This document shows positions 1-8,694 of a DNA stretch of 36,479 nt, one piece after another. The stretch is from a virus. The notes beneath the pieces were generated by a model. The model saw nothing but the letters and a program-made list of their open reading frames with translations. It ran no database searches and was not told the origin of the DNA. The stretch lies in IMG/VR virus record IMGVR_UViG_3300045988_166466; one strand, written 5' to 3'. The first letter of the stretch is position 1. Every line of letters starts with the position of its first letter. The translations under genes and the position numbers were made by a program.

Positions 1-95
1 AGGTACGGGAGCTTCAGGAGGAGGTGAGACGGGAGGAGAGGGTCAACCGCGAGCGACAGAGGCTCTACAGCGCGAAGCACAGGGCCAGAAAAAAG
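1..95. repeat. Terminal direct repeat, identical to 36385..36479; indicates a circularly closed or terminally redundant contig
   Basis: Exact 95-nt identity between the window start and end, read directly. Confidence 0.95.
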
Positions 96-110
96 CTCAA
101 AAAGTCGTGA
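1..110 (+). CDS. 3' end of a hypothetical Zn-ribbon/DNA-binding protein gene that starts at 36138 and wraps across the contig junction (stop TGA 108-110)
   Basis: The reading frame is continuous from GTG 36138 through the 95-nt overlap to TGA at 108-110. Confidence 0.5.
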   Translation, partial: VRELQEEVRREERVNRERQRLYSAKHRARKKLKKS

Positions 111-161
111 CACTTTCGTGACACCAAGTTGCAACTGCGGAAACGTAAGAAAGGAGAGAAC

Positions 162-443
162 GTGACCAAGCAAAAGAAATATCCGGGCACCCCCACCTAC
201 CACAGCACGAGCGCCCGGAACGGCCGACAGGCCGCGAACAGCGTAACACGCCAGACGCGCATGCCAGCGCATGTGATGCGCATCCCCGCCGAAATCCAGC
301 GGGAAAACCAGATGCGCGCCTTCAGGCTCGGCGTCTTGGTCGGCTTCGCCGCCACCGCTCTGGTGCTCGGCGCCGTCCTCTGGCTCTTGGTCATCCCAAC
401 GATGGACGCAGCGGTCGCGACCGCTCAGGGGATGGTCATGTGA
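162..443 (+). CDS. Hypothetical small membrane protein
   Basis: GTG start 6 nt after the RBS AAGGAGAG. The C-terminal part carries a hydrophobic helix (LGVLVGFAATALVLGAVLWLLVI). The supplied ORF extends to 129. Confidence 0.45.
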   Translation: MTKQKKYPGTPTYHSTSARNGRQAANSVTRQTRMPAHVMRIPAEIQRENQMRAFRLGVLVGFAATALVLGAVLWLLVIPTMDAAVATAQGMVM

Positions 444-448
444 GGAGC

Positions 449-775
449 ATGAAGCCGACCAGCGACCAGATGGCTCTCCCCGGCCTCGACGGCAAGGGCG
501 AGCAGCGCATGGCGGACGCACGTGCCTGGGTGGACGCCCACCCCGAGGAGTTCGGCTGGTACAAGGCCAACGCCCGCCGAGAGTGCGCCAAGACGCACGA
601 CGGCAAGGCCAGCCCCAACCGGTGCATCTACGGCATGCGCATCATGTTCGGCATCGAGCTCCCCAACCACCTCGCGCCCTATCTGGCGCGGATCGCGATG
701 GAGCAAGACCACTCCATCCGAATGAGGGTGGCAAGGAGCGACGCCGACCAGTACACGACGGCGAGGCTGTCATGA
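449..775 (+). CDS. Hypothetical protein
   Basis: ATG after GAGGAG. The frame is coding-like in GC-rich sequence, and its stop overlaps the RusA start (ATGA). GTG 440 is an alternative start. Confidence 0.5.
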   Translation: MKPTSDQMALPGLDGKGEQRMADARAWVDAHPEEFGWYKANARRECAKTHDGKASPNRCIYGMRIMFGIELPNHLAPYLARIAMEQDHSIRMRVARSDADQYTTARLS

Positions 776-1233
776 GCTGGAGGACCAAGAGGGTCGGCGC
801 CGCCGAGTGCGTCATGGCGTTCCCGGAGGTTCCCACAAAGCTGCGACCGAAGTTCGACACGCGCAGCTTCCGGACCTACACGCCGAGCAAGACGCAGCGC
901 TTCGAGAGGTCCATCAAGGCCCAGTGGCTCTCCGCCGTCGGCGACCGCTGGCAGGACTTCGATACCGAGGTGCGCGTCTACATCGAGGTCCAGCGCCCGC
1001 TCGCCAAGAGTAACCCGAAGTACTGGGCTGGGCGCCCCGACCTCATGAAGCCGGACGCGGACAACCTCGCGAAGGTTATATGCGACAGCCTCAACGGGCT
1101 TGCCTACCGCGATGACTGCCAGATCACGCAGCTCGGCGTGACGTTCGACCCAAGAACCCCGTACAGCGACGAGTGCCTCGTGAGGGTGCGCGTCGAGTAC
1201 TACAGCGAGAGATACGAGAAGGAGGCCAAATGA
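772..1233 (+). CDS. rusA: RusA-family Holliday-junction resolvase
   Basis: Carries the motif KPDADNLAKVICDSLNGLAYRDDCQI, typical of RusA. The ATG overlaps the upstream stop. The 583..771 extension in the track is non-coding-like. Confidence 0.8.
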   Translation: MSWRTKRVGAAECVMAFPEVPTKLRPKFDTRSFRTYTPSKTQRFERSIKAQWLSAVGDRWQDFDTEVRVYIEVQRPLAKSNPKYWAGRPDLMKPDADNLAKVICDSLNGLAYRDDCQITQLGVTFDPRTPYSDECLVRVRVEYYSERYEKEAK

Positions 1234-1535
1234 GCTCCACCACCATCAAGGCTCACTTCAAGCAGGCGACCGTCAAGGGCGGCGTGGCCGTGCTTCAGCT
1301 CGAGGTGCTCACGGACGCCGCAGGAGCGTTCGACGTCATCAAGCAGGCCGGTCGAACCGTTGTCCTGACCATCGAGAGCGAGCAGCAGGAACTCGACCTT
1401 GGCGAGTACGAGGCCGAGCCGCTTCCGCTTGACGAGGAACCAATCGAGCGCCCCGCGAACGTGGACGTCGAGACCGGCGAGATCTACGACCCCATCGAGG
1501 ACGAGTCCCACATGCTCACCGAAAGGAGCGAGTAA
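1230..1535 (+). CDS. Hypothetical acidic protein
   Basis: Strong RBS GAAGGAGG, and the ATG overlaps the RusA stop. Confidence 0.55.
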   Translation: MSSTTIKAHFKQATVKGGVAVLQLEVLTDAAGAFDVIKQAGRTVVLTIESEQQELDLGEYEAEPLPLDEEPIERPANVDVETGEIYDPIEDESHMLTERSE

Positions 1536-2017
1536 TGAACATCACCAAGGATGAGCAGCTTGCCCTGCTCGTTGCAATCGACAAGCGCGTCACCCCAGCG
1601 CTGAAGGACGCCAAGGACGAGGCACGCGCGGAGATCATGGACGCCTACGCCGAGAACGGCACCGACCGCAAGGCAATCCTCGTCGGCGGGGAGAAGGTGG
1701 GCGAGGTCGGCATCAGCTACTCCAAGCCCGCGCCGTTCATCTACGCCGAGCAGATGCCAGCGGCCCTCGACTTCCTGCGGCAGGTCGGCCTCGTGCAGGA
1801 GGCCCCGGCGAAGGGCTGGGAGAACCAGTTCGACCTCATCGGCGGTCAGGTCGTCTACAAGCCAACCGGCGAGGTAGTCGAGTGGGCCGGTTGGAACCCC
1901 AAGGCGGCAAAGACGGCGGCGGTGCGCGGCTGCAAGCCCGAGGACGTCATGCGAGCGTTCGGGCCGCGCCTCGCGTCCGTTGACGCCGTCGCCCTGATCG
2001 AGGGCGTGGTGGAGTAG
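1535..2017 (+). CDS. Hypothetical protein in the recombination module
   Basis: RBS AAAGGAGCGAG, and the gene sits directly before the ERF-like annealase gene. Confidence 0.6.
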   Translation: MNITKDEQLALLVAIDKRVTPALKDAKDEARAEIMDAYAENGTDRKAILVGGEKVGEVGISYSKPAPFIYAEQMPAALDFLRQVGLVQEAPAKGWENQFDLIGGQVVYKPTGEVVEWAGWNPKAAKTAAVRGCKPEDVMRAFGPRLASVDAVALIEGVVE

Positions 2018-2701
2018 ATGGCCGAGGAGACCAAGAGCCTCGCGACCCTCCTCGCCGAGGCGCAGGCCGAGATGCCCAACCCCAAGAAGAGCCGCGAGGG
2101 CCAGAGGGGCTACCAGAAGTACAAGTACGCGACGCTCGACACCGTCGTGGACATCATCAAGAAGCCGCTCAACTCGCGCGGGATCTTCCTCACCCAGCCG
2201 TGCGAGAAGACCGATGACGGAACGATGCGAGTGCGGACCGTGGTCATGCACGGCTCCGAGAGCCTCGTGCTCGACACGAAGCCCTACGAGTACGACAGCG
2301 ACCCGCAGGAGTTCGGCAAGCGCGAGACCTACGCGCGCCGCTACTCACTGCTCACCGCCTTCGGCCTCGCAGGTGAGGACGACACCGACGGCGACACCGG
2401 CCCCAAGCAGGCGCCGAGCAACTCCGGTCGCGCTGCGGCCAAGGCGACCGGCAAGGACAAGCCCGAGACGAGCCCGGAGGAGCGCCGCAAGAAGATGCTC
2501 GCCAAGTGCGCCCAGCTCGCGGCCAAGTGCATCGAGAACGGGGTGAGCGCCGGTACCACGGACACCTACATGGTTTCCACCTTCAACGTGCAGACCATGA
2601 ACGACCTGACCGACGAGCAGCTCGTGGAGTTCGGCAAGTACCTCCGCGACATGGAGAAGAAGAGCGCCGAGGAGAAGGCGCGCAAGGAGGCACAGCAATG
2701 A
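2018..2701 (+). CDS. ERF-family single-strand annealing protein
   Basis: N-terminal region QKYKYATLDTVVDIIKKPLNSRGIFL resembles the ERF signature. An acidic/low-complexity C-terminal half follows. The SSB gene is immediately downstream. Confidence 0.7.
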   Translation: MAEETKSLATLLAEAQAEMPNPKKSREGQRGYQKYKYATLDTVVDIIKKPLNSRGIFLTQPCEKTDDGTMRVRTVVMHGSESLVLDTKPYEYDSDPQEFGKRETYARRYSLLTAFGLAGEDDTDGDTGPKQAPSNSGRAAAKATGKDKPETSPEERRKKMLAKCAQLAAKCIENGVSAGTTDTYMVSTFNVQTMNDLTDEQLVEFGKYLRDMEKKSAEEKARKEAQQ

Positions 2702-3087
2702 GCATCAACCGAGTGACCATCAGCGGAAACCTCGGGCGTGACCCGGAGCTCCGCGCCACCGCGAGCGGGATGCAGGTGCTGAGCTTCTCGGTGTGCGTGA
2801 ACACCCGCGTGAAGCGCGGGGACGAGTGGCAGGACAAGCCCAACTGGGTGGACGTGACCATCTTCGGCCAGCGCGCCGAGAGCGTCAGCCGCTTCCTGAA
2901 GAAGGGCTCGCACGTCACCGTGGCCGGTCGCCTCAACCAGAACAGCTGGGAGACCAAGGACGGCCAGAAGCGCAGCAAGCTCGAGGTCATCTGCGAGGAC
3001 ATCGACTTCTCGGGCGGCAAGCGACCGGAGCAGCATCAGCAGGCCGACGATCCGGCGGACGTGTACGACGAGGACATCCCGTTCTAG
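2698..3087 (+). CDS. ssb: Single-stranded DNA-binding protein
   Basis: OB-fold pattern (ISGNLGRDPELR...VDVTIFG) and a C-terminal acidic tail DEDIPF. RBS AAGGAGG. Confidence 0.9.
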   Translation: MSINRVTISGNLGRDPELRATASGMQVLSFSVCVNTRVKRGDEWQDKPNWVDVTIFGQRAESVSRFLKKGSHVTVAGRLNQNSWETKDGQKRSKLEVICEDIDFSGGKRPEQHQQADDPADVYDEDIPF

Positions 3088-3095
3088 GAGGGACC

Positions 3096-3443
3096 ATGGG
3101 AAAGACCTACTCAATCGCGCACCTCGCCGCCATGTCCTACGTCAGGGACAAGGGCATGGGCGGGGAGCCGTTCTACAGGTACGTGTGCGACGAGGGCGCA
3201 GCCGACATCGTCGCGAAGGACGGGGACGCCACGGTCCTCATGGCCGTCACGGCCAAGCGCCAGCGCGGCGAGGCCAGGGCGCCGGAGTTCAGCGCCAAGC
3301 GCCTCCAGCGCATCGCCACGTGCTTCCTCGTGGAGCACCCCGAGGTGGACATGCTCCGCTTCGACGTGGTCGAGGCGCTCATCGGCACCGGCGCGACCGT
3401 CACCGTCAACGTCGCCGAGGGCGCGTACAGCTGGGAGCGTTAG
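3096..3443 (+). CDS. YraN/UPF0102-like endonuclease
   Basis: DIVAKDGDATVLMAVTAKR...RFDVVEAL matches the YraN-family pattern (DIIA.DG.TLVFVEVK.R...RFDV). ATG at 3096 after GGAGGG. Confidence 0.55.
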   Translation: MGKTYSIAHLAAMSYVRDKGMGGEPFYRYVCDEGAADIVAKDGDATVLMAVTAKRQRGEARAPEFSAKRLQRIATCFLVEHPEVDMLRFDVVEALIGTGATVTVNVAEGAYSWER

Positions 3444-3446
3444 GCC

Positions 3447-4064
3447 ATGACGGAAGCCAAGTTCACATGGTTTCCGAAGCTCACCGTCACGGTGGCCAAG
3501 GTCCCGGAGGATCAGCGAGGAGCAATCCTCTGGGCCTTGGCCCAGTACGGAACCTTCGGCGTCGAGCCGGAGCTCGAGTGGCCGCTCGACGCCATCTTCG
3601 AGGGCCTGCGCGAGGACATCGACAACTCCAAGCGCGCCATATCGAACGGTGGAACGGGGGGACGCGGAAACAAGAAGGGTGCTTCAAGCGACTCGAAAGA
3701 CCCCTTTGAGAACCGCGAAACCCCCCCTTCCGAGGGTTCAAACCCCGCTTGCGATGACATCGAGACGTGGGTTTCGGAAACCGAAAACGGGGGTTTGGAA
3801 GATGCCGAACCCAAACCAAACCATACCAAGCCAGACCATACCAAGCCAAAGAAGAGGTTCGTACCGCCCTCCGTCGATGAGGTTCGCGCCTACTGCGCGG
3901 AGAGGGGCTACACCTTCGACCCCGAGGCGTTCGTGGCCTTCTACGAGTCCAAGGGATGGAAGGTCGGGCGCAACCCCATGAGGTCGTGGCAGGCGGCCTG
4001 CACCACGTGGCAGAAGCGGCAGGGCGGGAAGGGGGCCAGCAATGACGAGTACTCGAATCTCTGA
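3447..4064 (+). CDS. Replisome organizer / replication initiator with a phage-conserved C-terminal domain
   Basis: The C-terminus VDEVRAYCAERGYTFDPEAFVAFYESKGWKVGRNPMRSWQAACTTWQKR resembles the TIGR02220-type domain. It sits upstream of the DnaC-like loader. A low-complexity linker carries DNA repeats. Confidence 0.6.
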   Translation: MTEAKFTWFPKLTVTVAKVPEDQRGAILWALAQYGTFGVEPELEWPLDAIFEGLREDIDNSKRAISNGGTGGRGNKKGASSDSKDPFENRETPPSEGSNPACDDIETWVSETENGGLEDAEPKPNHTKPDHTKPKKRFVPPSVDEVRAYCAERGYTFDPEAFVAFYESKGWKVGRNPMRSWQAACTTWQKRQGGKGASNDEYSNL

Positions 4065-4692
4065 CGCGCTCAAGGCCGTCGAGATCCCCGACGGCGTCAG
4101 GCCCTCCAAGCCCGTGCCCTTCGAGCAGACCGAGGAGTACCGGGAGACGTTGCGCCGGATGCGCGAGAGCCGCCTCCGCAAGGCTGGCCTCCGAGGAGCC
4201 TACATGAGCGCCCGCAGCGACGTGGGCGAGCGCGTGTGCGCCCTCATCGAGAGCGGGCGCGGCGCCTACCTCTGGGGAGAGCCGGGGCGCGGCAAGACCT
4301 ACGCTGCGGCCCATGCGGTGCGCGTAGCCGTCGAGCGCTCCAAGGGCTCCAAGCCGCCCGCGAAGCTCGTGAGCGCCAAGCAGCTGCTCGACAGCATCCG
4401 CGAAGGGTTTAACGGCGGGGACCGCGACGCCCTGAGAAGGGCCGAGGCCGTCCCGCTTCTTGCGCTTGACGACCTAGGGGCGGAGCGCCCCACGGACTGG
4501 GCCATCGAGACGCTCACGGGCCTCATCGACGCCCGCACCGCCGAGGGGCTGCCGACCATCGTCACGAGCAACTACAGCCTCGGGCAGCTGCGCGAGCTGT
4601 GGGGCGGCATGCCCGGTGCGCGCATCGCCTCGAGACTCGGCGGGGCTTGCGAGCGCATCGAGGTGACGGGGCCGGACAGGAGGCTCCGATGA
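4042..4692 (+). CDS. DnaC/IstB-like AAA+ helicase loader
   Basis: Walker A GEPGRGKTY, Walker B LLALDDLGAE, and the sensor region PTIVTSN. Confidence 0.85.
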   Translation: MTSTRISDALKAVEIPDGVRPSKPVPFEQTEEYRETLRRMRESRLRKAGLRGAYMSARSDVGERVCALIESGRGAYLWGEPGRGKTYAAAHAVRVAVERSKGSKPPAKLVSAKQLLDSIREGFNGGDRDALRRAEAVPLLALDDLGAERPTDWAIETLTGLIDARTAEGLPTIVTSNYSLGQLRELWGGMPGARIASRLGGACERIEVTGPDRRLR

Positions 4693-5153
4693 TCTCGATG
4701 GGGCAACTCAACGGACACTCGCTCGAGAGGGCGGAGCTCTACGGCAAGCCGCACGTCGGGGCGCGCTACACCGGCAAGGGCGCGAGGGACTACGAGCGCA
4801 CGCAGGAGTGGTGCTGCATCTGCGGGAGGCCAGCCCAGAGCTGCCACCACGTGATACCGAGGGGGCGCGGCGAGCGCTTCAACCTCGTTACGCCCAACGG
4901 TACGTGGAGCCTGCGTAGCCCGCTGTTCTCCCTATGCGGCTCCGGCACCACGGGGTGCCACGACGGGTTCCACGGCGGCGCGCGCTTCGTGCCCCGCTGG
5001 GTGTGGGACAACATCCAGTTCGAGCAGCAGTGGTGGGACGGGCTCCTGCTGAGGCTCTGCCCGCCGCACCACCCGGCGCTCTACGACTATGGGCGCTGGG
5101 AGATTGAGGACCGGCAGACCGGAAGAATCATCACCATCAGGGGAGGAATGTGA
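4689..5153 (+). CDS. HNH-motif nuclease-like protein
   Basis: CCICGRPAQSCHHVIPRGRG ... CGSGTTGCHDGFHGG (CxxC..HH..CxxxxC.H). Confidence 0.5.
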   Translation: MISMGQLNGHSLERAELYGKPHVGARYTGKGARDYERTQEWCCICGRPAQSCHHVIPRGRGERFNLVTPNGTWSLRSPLFSLCGSGTTGCHDGFHGGARFVPRWVWDNIQFEQQWWDGLLLRLCPPHHPALYDYGRWEIEDRQTGRIITIRGGM

Positions 5154-5154
5154 C

Positions 5155-5751
5155 ATGGAGATCATGACTTGCGAGCAGTACGTCCTCGCCGAGCTCGAGG
5201 ACGCCAAGAGGGAGAACGAGAGGCTTCTCGGCAGGATCGAGGAGCTCGAGAACGCCGCAGCCGACGCGGAGGCCAAGAAGGGCGAGAGCCCGGACGGCGA
5301 GGTCGAGCCGAGGCAGGTTCAGATCTTCAAGCTCAACGAGCCGTTCGAGACGGCGTACCTCAGCGTGAAGGACGTCTACGACTTCTGCCGCAGCGACAAC
5401 GGGCTCGGGCTAACCGCAGACGAGGCACGCGAGAAGTCGGCGAGCGAGGAGGGCCTGCGCGAGGTGGCCCGCATCAGGGTCGGATGGTGCCGCGAGGAGG
5501 CCATGATCGTTGAGACCCGCATCTGGCCGTGCCAGCTCCGCACCGGTACGCAGACGTTCGTCATGGACGTGTACGACAAGGGGCGCAATATCACCGAGGC
5601 GCGGGTCGAGAGGGACGGAGAGGAGGCGTGCAGCGGGAGGTACTTCCCGGCATACCGCGCTCAGGAGCTCGAGCAGCTCGGGCTCAGCCTTCTCAAGAAG
5701 CGGCTCCTCGAGTACGCGGACAAGCTCGACGCCGAGAAGGGCGGCGAGTGA
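5155..5751 (+). CDS. Hypothetical protein with an N-terminal coiled coil
   Basis: ATG at 5155 directly after the HNH stop, and a long open frame. Confidence 0.55.
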   Translation: MEIMTCEQYVLAELEDAKRENERLLGRIEELENAAADAEAKKGESPDGEVEPRQVQIFKLNEPFETAYLSVKDVYDFCRSDNGLGLTADEAREKSASEEGLREVARIRVGWCREEAMIVETRIWPCQLRTGTQTFVMDVYDKGRNITEARVERDGEEACSGRYFPAYRAQELEQLGLSLLKKRLLEYADKLDAEKGGE

Positions 5752-5756
5752 GGCCG

Positions 5757-5888
5757 ATGCGCGCTGCAATCGCCACCTTGCTCGTTGTGATGCTGGCCGT
5801 GCCCGCGCTCCTAGCGTGGATCTGCTACAGGGCGCTCCGGCTCATGGCAGCCGGGATAGTCCTCCTCATCCTGTGGGCAATCGGATGA
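5757..5888 (+). CDS. Hypothetical small hydrophobic protein (43 aa)
   Basis: Sequence MRAAIATLLVVMLAVPALLAWICYRALRLMAAGIVLLILWAIG. Its stop overlaps the next start. Confidence 0.35.
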   Translation: MRAAIATLLVVMLAVPALLAWICYRALRLMAAGIVLLILWAIG

Positions 5889-6127
5889 GATGGCAGCACG
5901 ACGGGAGCGTGTCGCCCGACCCGGACATGTGCATCTGGGGAGGCGGCAGTTTCGACGGCAAGCACGTGTTCTGCAAGCTGGCGAACGCGTGGACCAACTG
6001 CCTAGAGACCGGGTGCTTCGTGCGCCCTGACGGCGGGCTTTGCGCCGATGACAACAGCCCGGAGGCGTGCGAGAGGCGCCTCCGGGCCATGGAGAGGGAG
6101 ATGGAACCGAATGGGAATGAAGCTTGA
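5885..6127 (+). CDS. Small Cys-rich protein (8 Cys)
   Basis: The ATGA overlap begins a run of small Cys-rich ORFs. Confidence 0.45.
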   Translation: MRWQHDGSVSPDPDMCIWGGGSFDGKHVFCKLANAWTNCLETGCFVRPDGGLCADDNSPEACERRLRAMEREMEPNGNEA

Positions 6128-6302
6128 GATCTACCCCGCGTGCCTCGACTGCGCGTGGCGGGACCTACGCGTGGGCACCATCTACGCGTCGAGCGGCACC
6201 TACGATGTCGAGGTGTGCGACAAGGCGCCGGTGTGCAAGCTCATCGTCGGGCAGAGGATGATCTCGCCCGAAGACTACGCCGAGGGAGGCGAGAGCGAAT
6301 GA
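6111..6302 (+). CDS. Small Cys-containing protein
   Basis: RBS GAGGGAG. ATG 6111 or 6117. Confidence 0.4.
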   Translation: MGMKLEIYPACLDCAWRDLRVGTIYASSGTYDVEVCDKAPVCKLIVGQRMISPEDYAEGGESE

Positions 6303-6445
6303 GCCTGACCAAGGAGGAGTGGAAGATGGGCCTCACCGAGGAGTCCAAGCGGGACGGGTGCCTCGTGGCCGCGTCCTTGGCGCTCATGTGCCTCGCGACG
6401 GCGGCGGTGCTCGCACTGGCGCTCATCGCGGCGCTGTCCGAGTGA
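6299..6445 (+). CDS. Small membrane protein (48 aa)
   Basis: ATGA overlap. Hydrophobic C-terminus CLATAAVLALALIAAL. Confidence 0.4.
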   Translation: MSLTKEEWKMGLTEESKRDGCLVAASLALMCLATAAVLALALIAALSE

Positions 6446-6448
6446 GGC

Positions 6449-6652
6449 ATGGACATGAAGAAGGGTGAGAGCTGGGACGGGTGCCGCTTCATCCACGTGT
6501 GCTGCGACTACGGCGTGTGCCAGGACCAGATGCTGGACGAGCTTGGCACGACATGCGACACGGTCAGGTGCGCCGAGTGGATCAGCGACCACCTCATAGA
6601 CGAGCAGGACGAAAACGACGAGCTTTGCGAGGGATGCATATGGGACGCATGA
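6449..6652 (+). CDS. Small Cys-rich acidic protein (9 Cys)
   Basis: From the ORF track. Carries HVCCDYGVCQ...CEGC. Confidence 0.5.
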   Translation: MDMKKGESWDGCRFIHVCCDYGVCQDQMLDELGTTCDTVRCAEWISDHLIDEQDENDELCEGCIWDA

Positions 6653-6822
6653 GCGCAGAGGAGTACAGGACGAGGCGCCGGGAGATCATCGAGCGCTATC
6701 GCACCGAGATAGACGAGCACGAGTCCGCCGGGTGCTACGGGGACGCCGAGAACGCGCGCAAGTGGATGCGCATGGACCTCGAGACCCTAGACCGCGACTA
6801 CAACGAGGGACGTGATGCGTAA
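6649..6822 (+). CDS. Hypothetical small protein
   Basis: ATGA overlap. Confidence 0.4.
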   Translation: MSAEEYRTRRREIIERYRTEIDEHESAGCYGDAENARKWMRMDLETLDRDYNEGRDA

Positions 6823-7058
6823 TGTCCGAGAAGCTGATAGGTCAGGCAGAGCGAGACATGCTCGGCAACGACCTTTTCTGGAGGTTCCTGAAGTACGACG
6901 AAACCATGCCCGGGCACTTCATCGACCTGCGCTGGACCGGATACAACGACCACGACTGGTGGTCCAAGTGGTCAAAGGGATGCGAGAACGCGGAGCAGGG
7001 CGGGCGCAGGTTCCGCATCGACTTCGCGAACTGCAACGTGTACGAGGTGATCGACTGA
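6822..7058 (+). CDS. Hypothetical protein
   Basis: TAATG overlap. Confidence 0.5.
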   Translation: MSEKLIGQAERDMLGNDLFWRFLKYDETMPGHFIDLRWTGYNDHDWWSKWSKGCENAEQGGRRFRIDFANCNVYEVID

Positions 7059-7210
7059 TGGATTGCGAGAAGAGCTGCGAGTGGTGCGAGCACTGCCTCT
7101 ACATCGGAGATGGCGACTTCTGGTGCGACGAGAGGCACGAGATCATCGCGAGCGAGTTCGAGATTCACGGAAGCGAGACGTGCGAGAGGTACCGGGAGGT
7201 GGACTCATGA
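7058..7210 (+). CDS. Small Cys-rich protein (7 Cys)
   Basis: Sequence begins MDCEKSCEWCEHC... Confidence 0.45.
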   Translation: MDCEKSCEWCEHCLYIGDGDFWCDERHEIIASEFEIHGSETCERYREVDS

Positions 7211-7410
7211 GCGCGGTGGAGTACACGAGGTGCGACGGGGAGAACTGTGGGCGCGTCGATCCCGACGAGCCGTATGGGATGCACGAGACCGGCTGGGCGC
7301 GCGTCACGGTCTGGGGAGTAGGTGACTACGACCTCTGCCCCGAGTGCGCGCGCAGGGCGCTCGCCGCCGTGGGGATAGACGAGACGGAGGCGACGCGACA
7401 TGACCGCTGA
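7207..7410 (+). CDS. Small Zn-ribbon protein
   Basis: CDGENCG...CPEC. Confidence 0.45.
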   Translation: MSAVEYTRCDGENCGRVDPDEPYGMHETGWARVTVWGVGDYDLCPECARRALAAVGIDETEATRHDR

Positions 7411-7591
7411 GGAGGCCCGTGGCCGCGTGACGAAGGCCCGCCGCGCCCTCGACCGCGCCATGCGGGCGCTGTCGGTTCCGGGGCCGGACTGGGGGGCCGC
7501 CGTGGACGCGCTGCTCGACGCGTCGAGAGAGGCAAACGAGCTGGCGCTCCGATGCCTGGACGAGAAGGCGAGAAGGATGATTGCCAAATGA
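7400..7591 (+). CDS. Hypothetical small helical protein
   Basis: From the ORF track. Confidence 0.4.
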   Translation: MTAEEARGRVTKARRALDRAMRALSVPGPDWGAAVDALLDASREANELALRCLDEKARRMIAK

Positions 7592-7908
7592 GCGAGGGGC
7601 TGATGCCGTGCTTCTTCTGCGAATGTGACGAGGTTCGCGTCATCGTCGTGGACGAGGTGACCGACGCAGGGGCCGAGGAGGCGACCGTTCCGCTCTACGC
7701 GGCGAGCTGCCCGTACTGCGGCGCGCGCGGCCCGATGGCGCTCTCGGAGGACGAGGCCGTGGAGGCGTGGAACCGCCGCGCGGAGCGGACGTGCCGCATG
7801 GTCGACAACGGATGCGAGCTCTGCTGCTCTGCGTGCGACGGTCGAATCGAGTACGACTATGAACCCAACTACTGCCCCAGCTGCGGCGCGAGGGTGGTGA
7901 GCAAGTGA
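7588..7908 (+). CDS. Lar-family restriction-alleviation-like protein with an extra C-terminal zinc ribbon
   Basis: N-terminal LMPCFFCE and CPYCGARGP...SEDEAVEAWNRRAE match the Lar-family pattern (LKPCPFCG...eeAieaWNrRa). Confidence 0.55.
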   Translation: MSEGLMPCFFCECDEVRVIVVDEVTDAGAEEATVPLYAASCPYCGARGPMALSEDEAVEAWNRRAERTCRMVDNGCELCCSACDGRIEYDYEPNYCPSCGARVVSK

Positions 7909-8276
7909 TGGCCGATATGATCAAGCCGTGCCCGTTCTGCGGGCATCCGCGCTCTCGCCTCATGCACCGCAGCGAGTACCGAAGGAACGAGGCTGGGCTC
8001 ACGGCGTTGGAGTACGAGCCGTATGGCGGAGGCATTGAGTTCGAGATTCCAATGAAGGACTTCCGGCACGTCTTCTACCGCCGCTGCAACAAGTGCGGCG
8101 CTCGGTCGAGGCCCGTCAAGACCGACTGGCACGTGCGCACGCAGGATGAGGCCGACGACTTCTCGATCTACCAAGACCAGAAGAACAAGCAGTGGGGCTT
8201 CGACCCCGACAGCGAGTGGGCCAAGCCGTGGCGCGAGGAGGCGGACGCGGCGTGGAACGAGAGGGGCGGTAAATGA
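7908..8276 (+). CDS. Lar-family restriction-alleviation-like protein (second tandem paralogue)
   Basis: MIKPCPFCG... CNKCGARSRP ... EEADAAWNERG. A GTG at 7905 is also possible. Confidence 0.6.
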   Translation: MADMIKPCPFCGHPRSRLMHRSEYRRNEAGLTALEYEPYGGGIEFEIPMKDFRHVFYRRCNKCGARSRPVKTDWHVRTQDEADDFSIYQDQKNKQWGFDPDSEWAKPWREEADAAWNERGGK

Positions 8277-8419
8277 TCCGAGTGCTTGACCGTCTGCCCG
8301 AGGGCTGGCGATACCTCTACGGGGCCACCACCGCCCCGCTCGGCTACAGGTGGGCGTGCAATAACAAGTCGCGCTTCTGCGGGGAGTACCGCCACGCGCT
8401 GGTAAAGGAGGACGAATGA
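8273..8419 (+). CDS. Hypothetical small protein (48 aa)
   Basis: ATGA overlaps on both sides. Confidence 0.3.
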   Translation: MIRVLDRLPEGWRYLYGATTAPLGYRWACNNKSRFCGEYRHALVKEDE

Positions 8420-8694
8420 GCATCGAGAGGCTGCGCGACAAGTACCAGCAGAAGGCTGACTACTACTGGGAGTGCTACCAGATGGACGGGCAGGCGAGCG
8501 CCCTGCGCGCCCACGAGCGAAACGAGGAGCTGGCGGACGCGCTGACCAAGGCCATCAACGCAGCGCCAATCTCCGAGGAGCTGGCCGAGCTGAAGTGGCT
8601 CGTGCTCGACCTCGACCCGGACGACGAGCGCGGCGACCTCGTGACCGCCGTGAAGCGCCTCCAGAAGCGCGTGAGAGAGGGGAAGGTGATCTAA
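8416..8694 (+). CDS. Hypothetical protein
   Basis: Strong RBS AAAGGAGG. Confidence 0.5.
   Translation: MSIERLRDKYQQKADYYWECYQMDGQASALRAHERNEELADALTKAINAAPISEELAELKWLVLDLDPDDERGDLVTAVKRLQKRVREGKVI

Noticed and set aside
583-771. N-terminal extension of the RusA ORF in the track (216 aa)
   Set aside because: The extension overlaps the upstream gene in another frame and is His/Arg/Pro-rich. The RusA homology starts at ATG 772, which overlaps the upstream stop.
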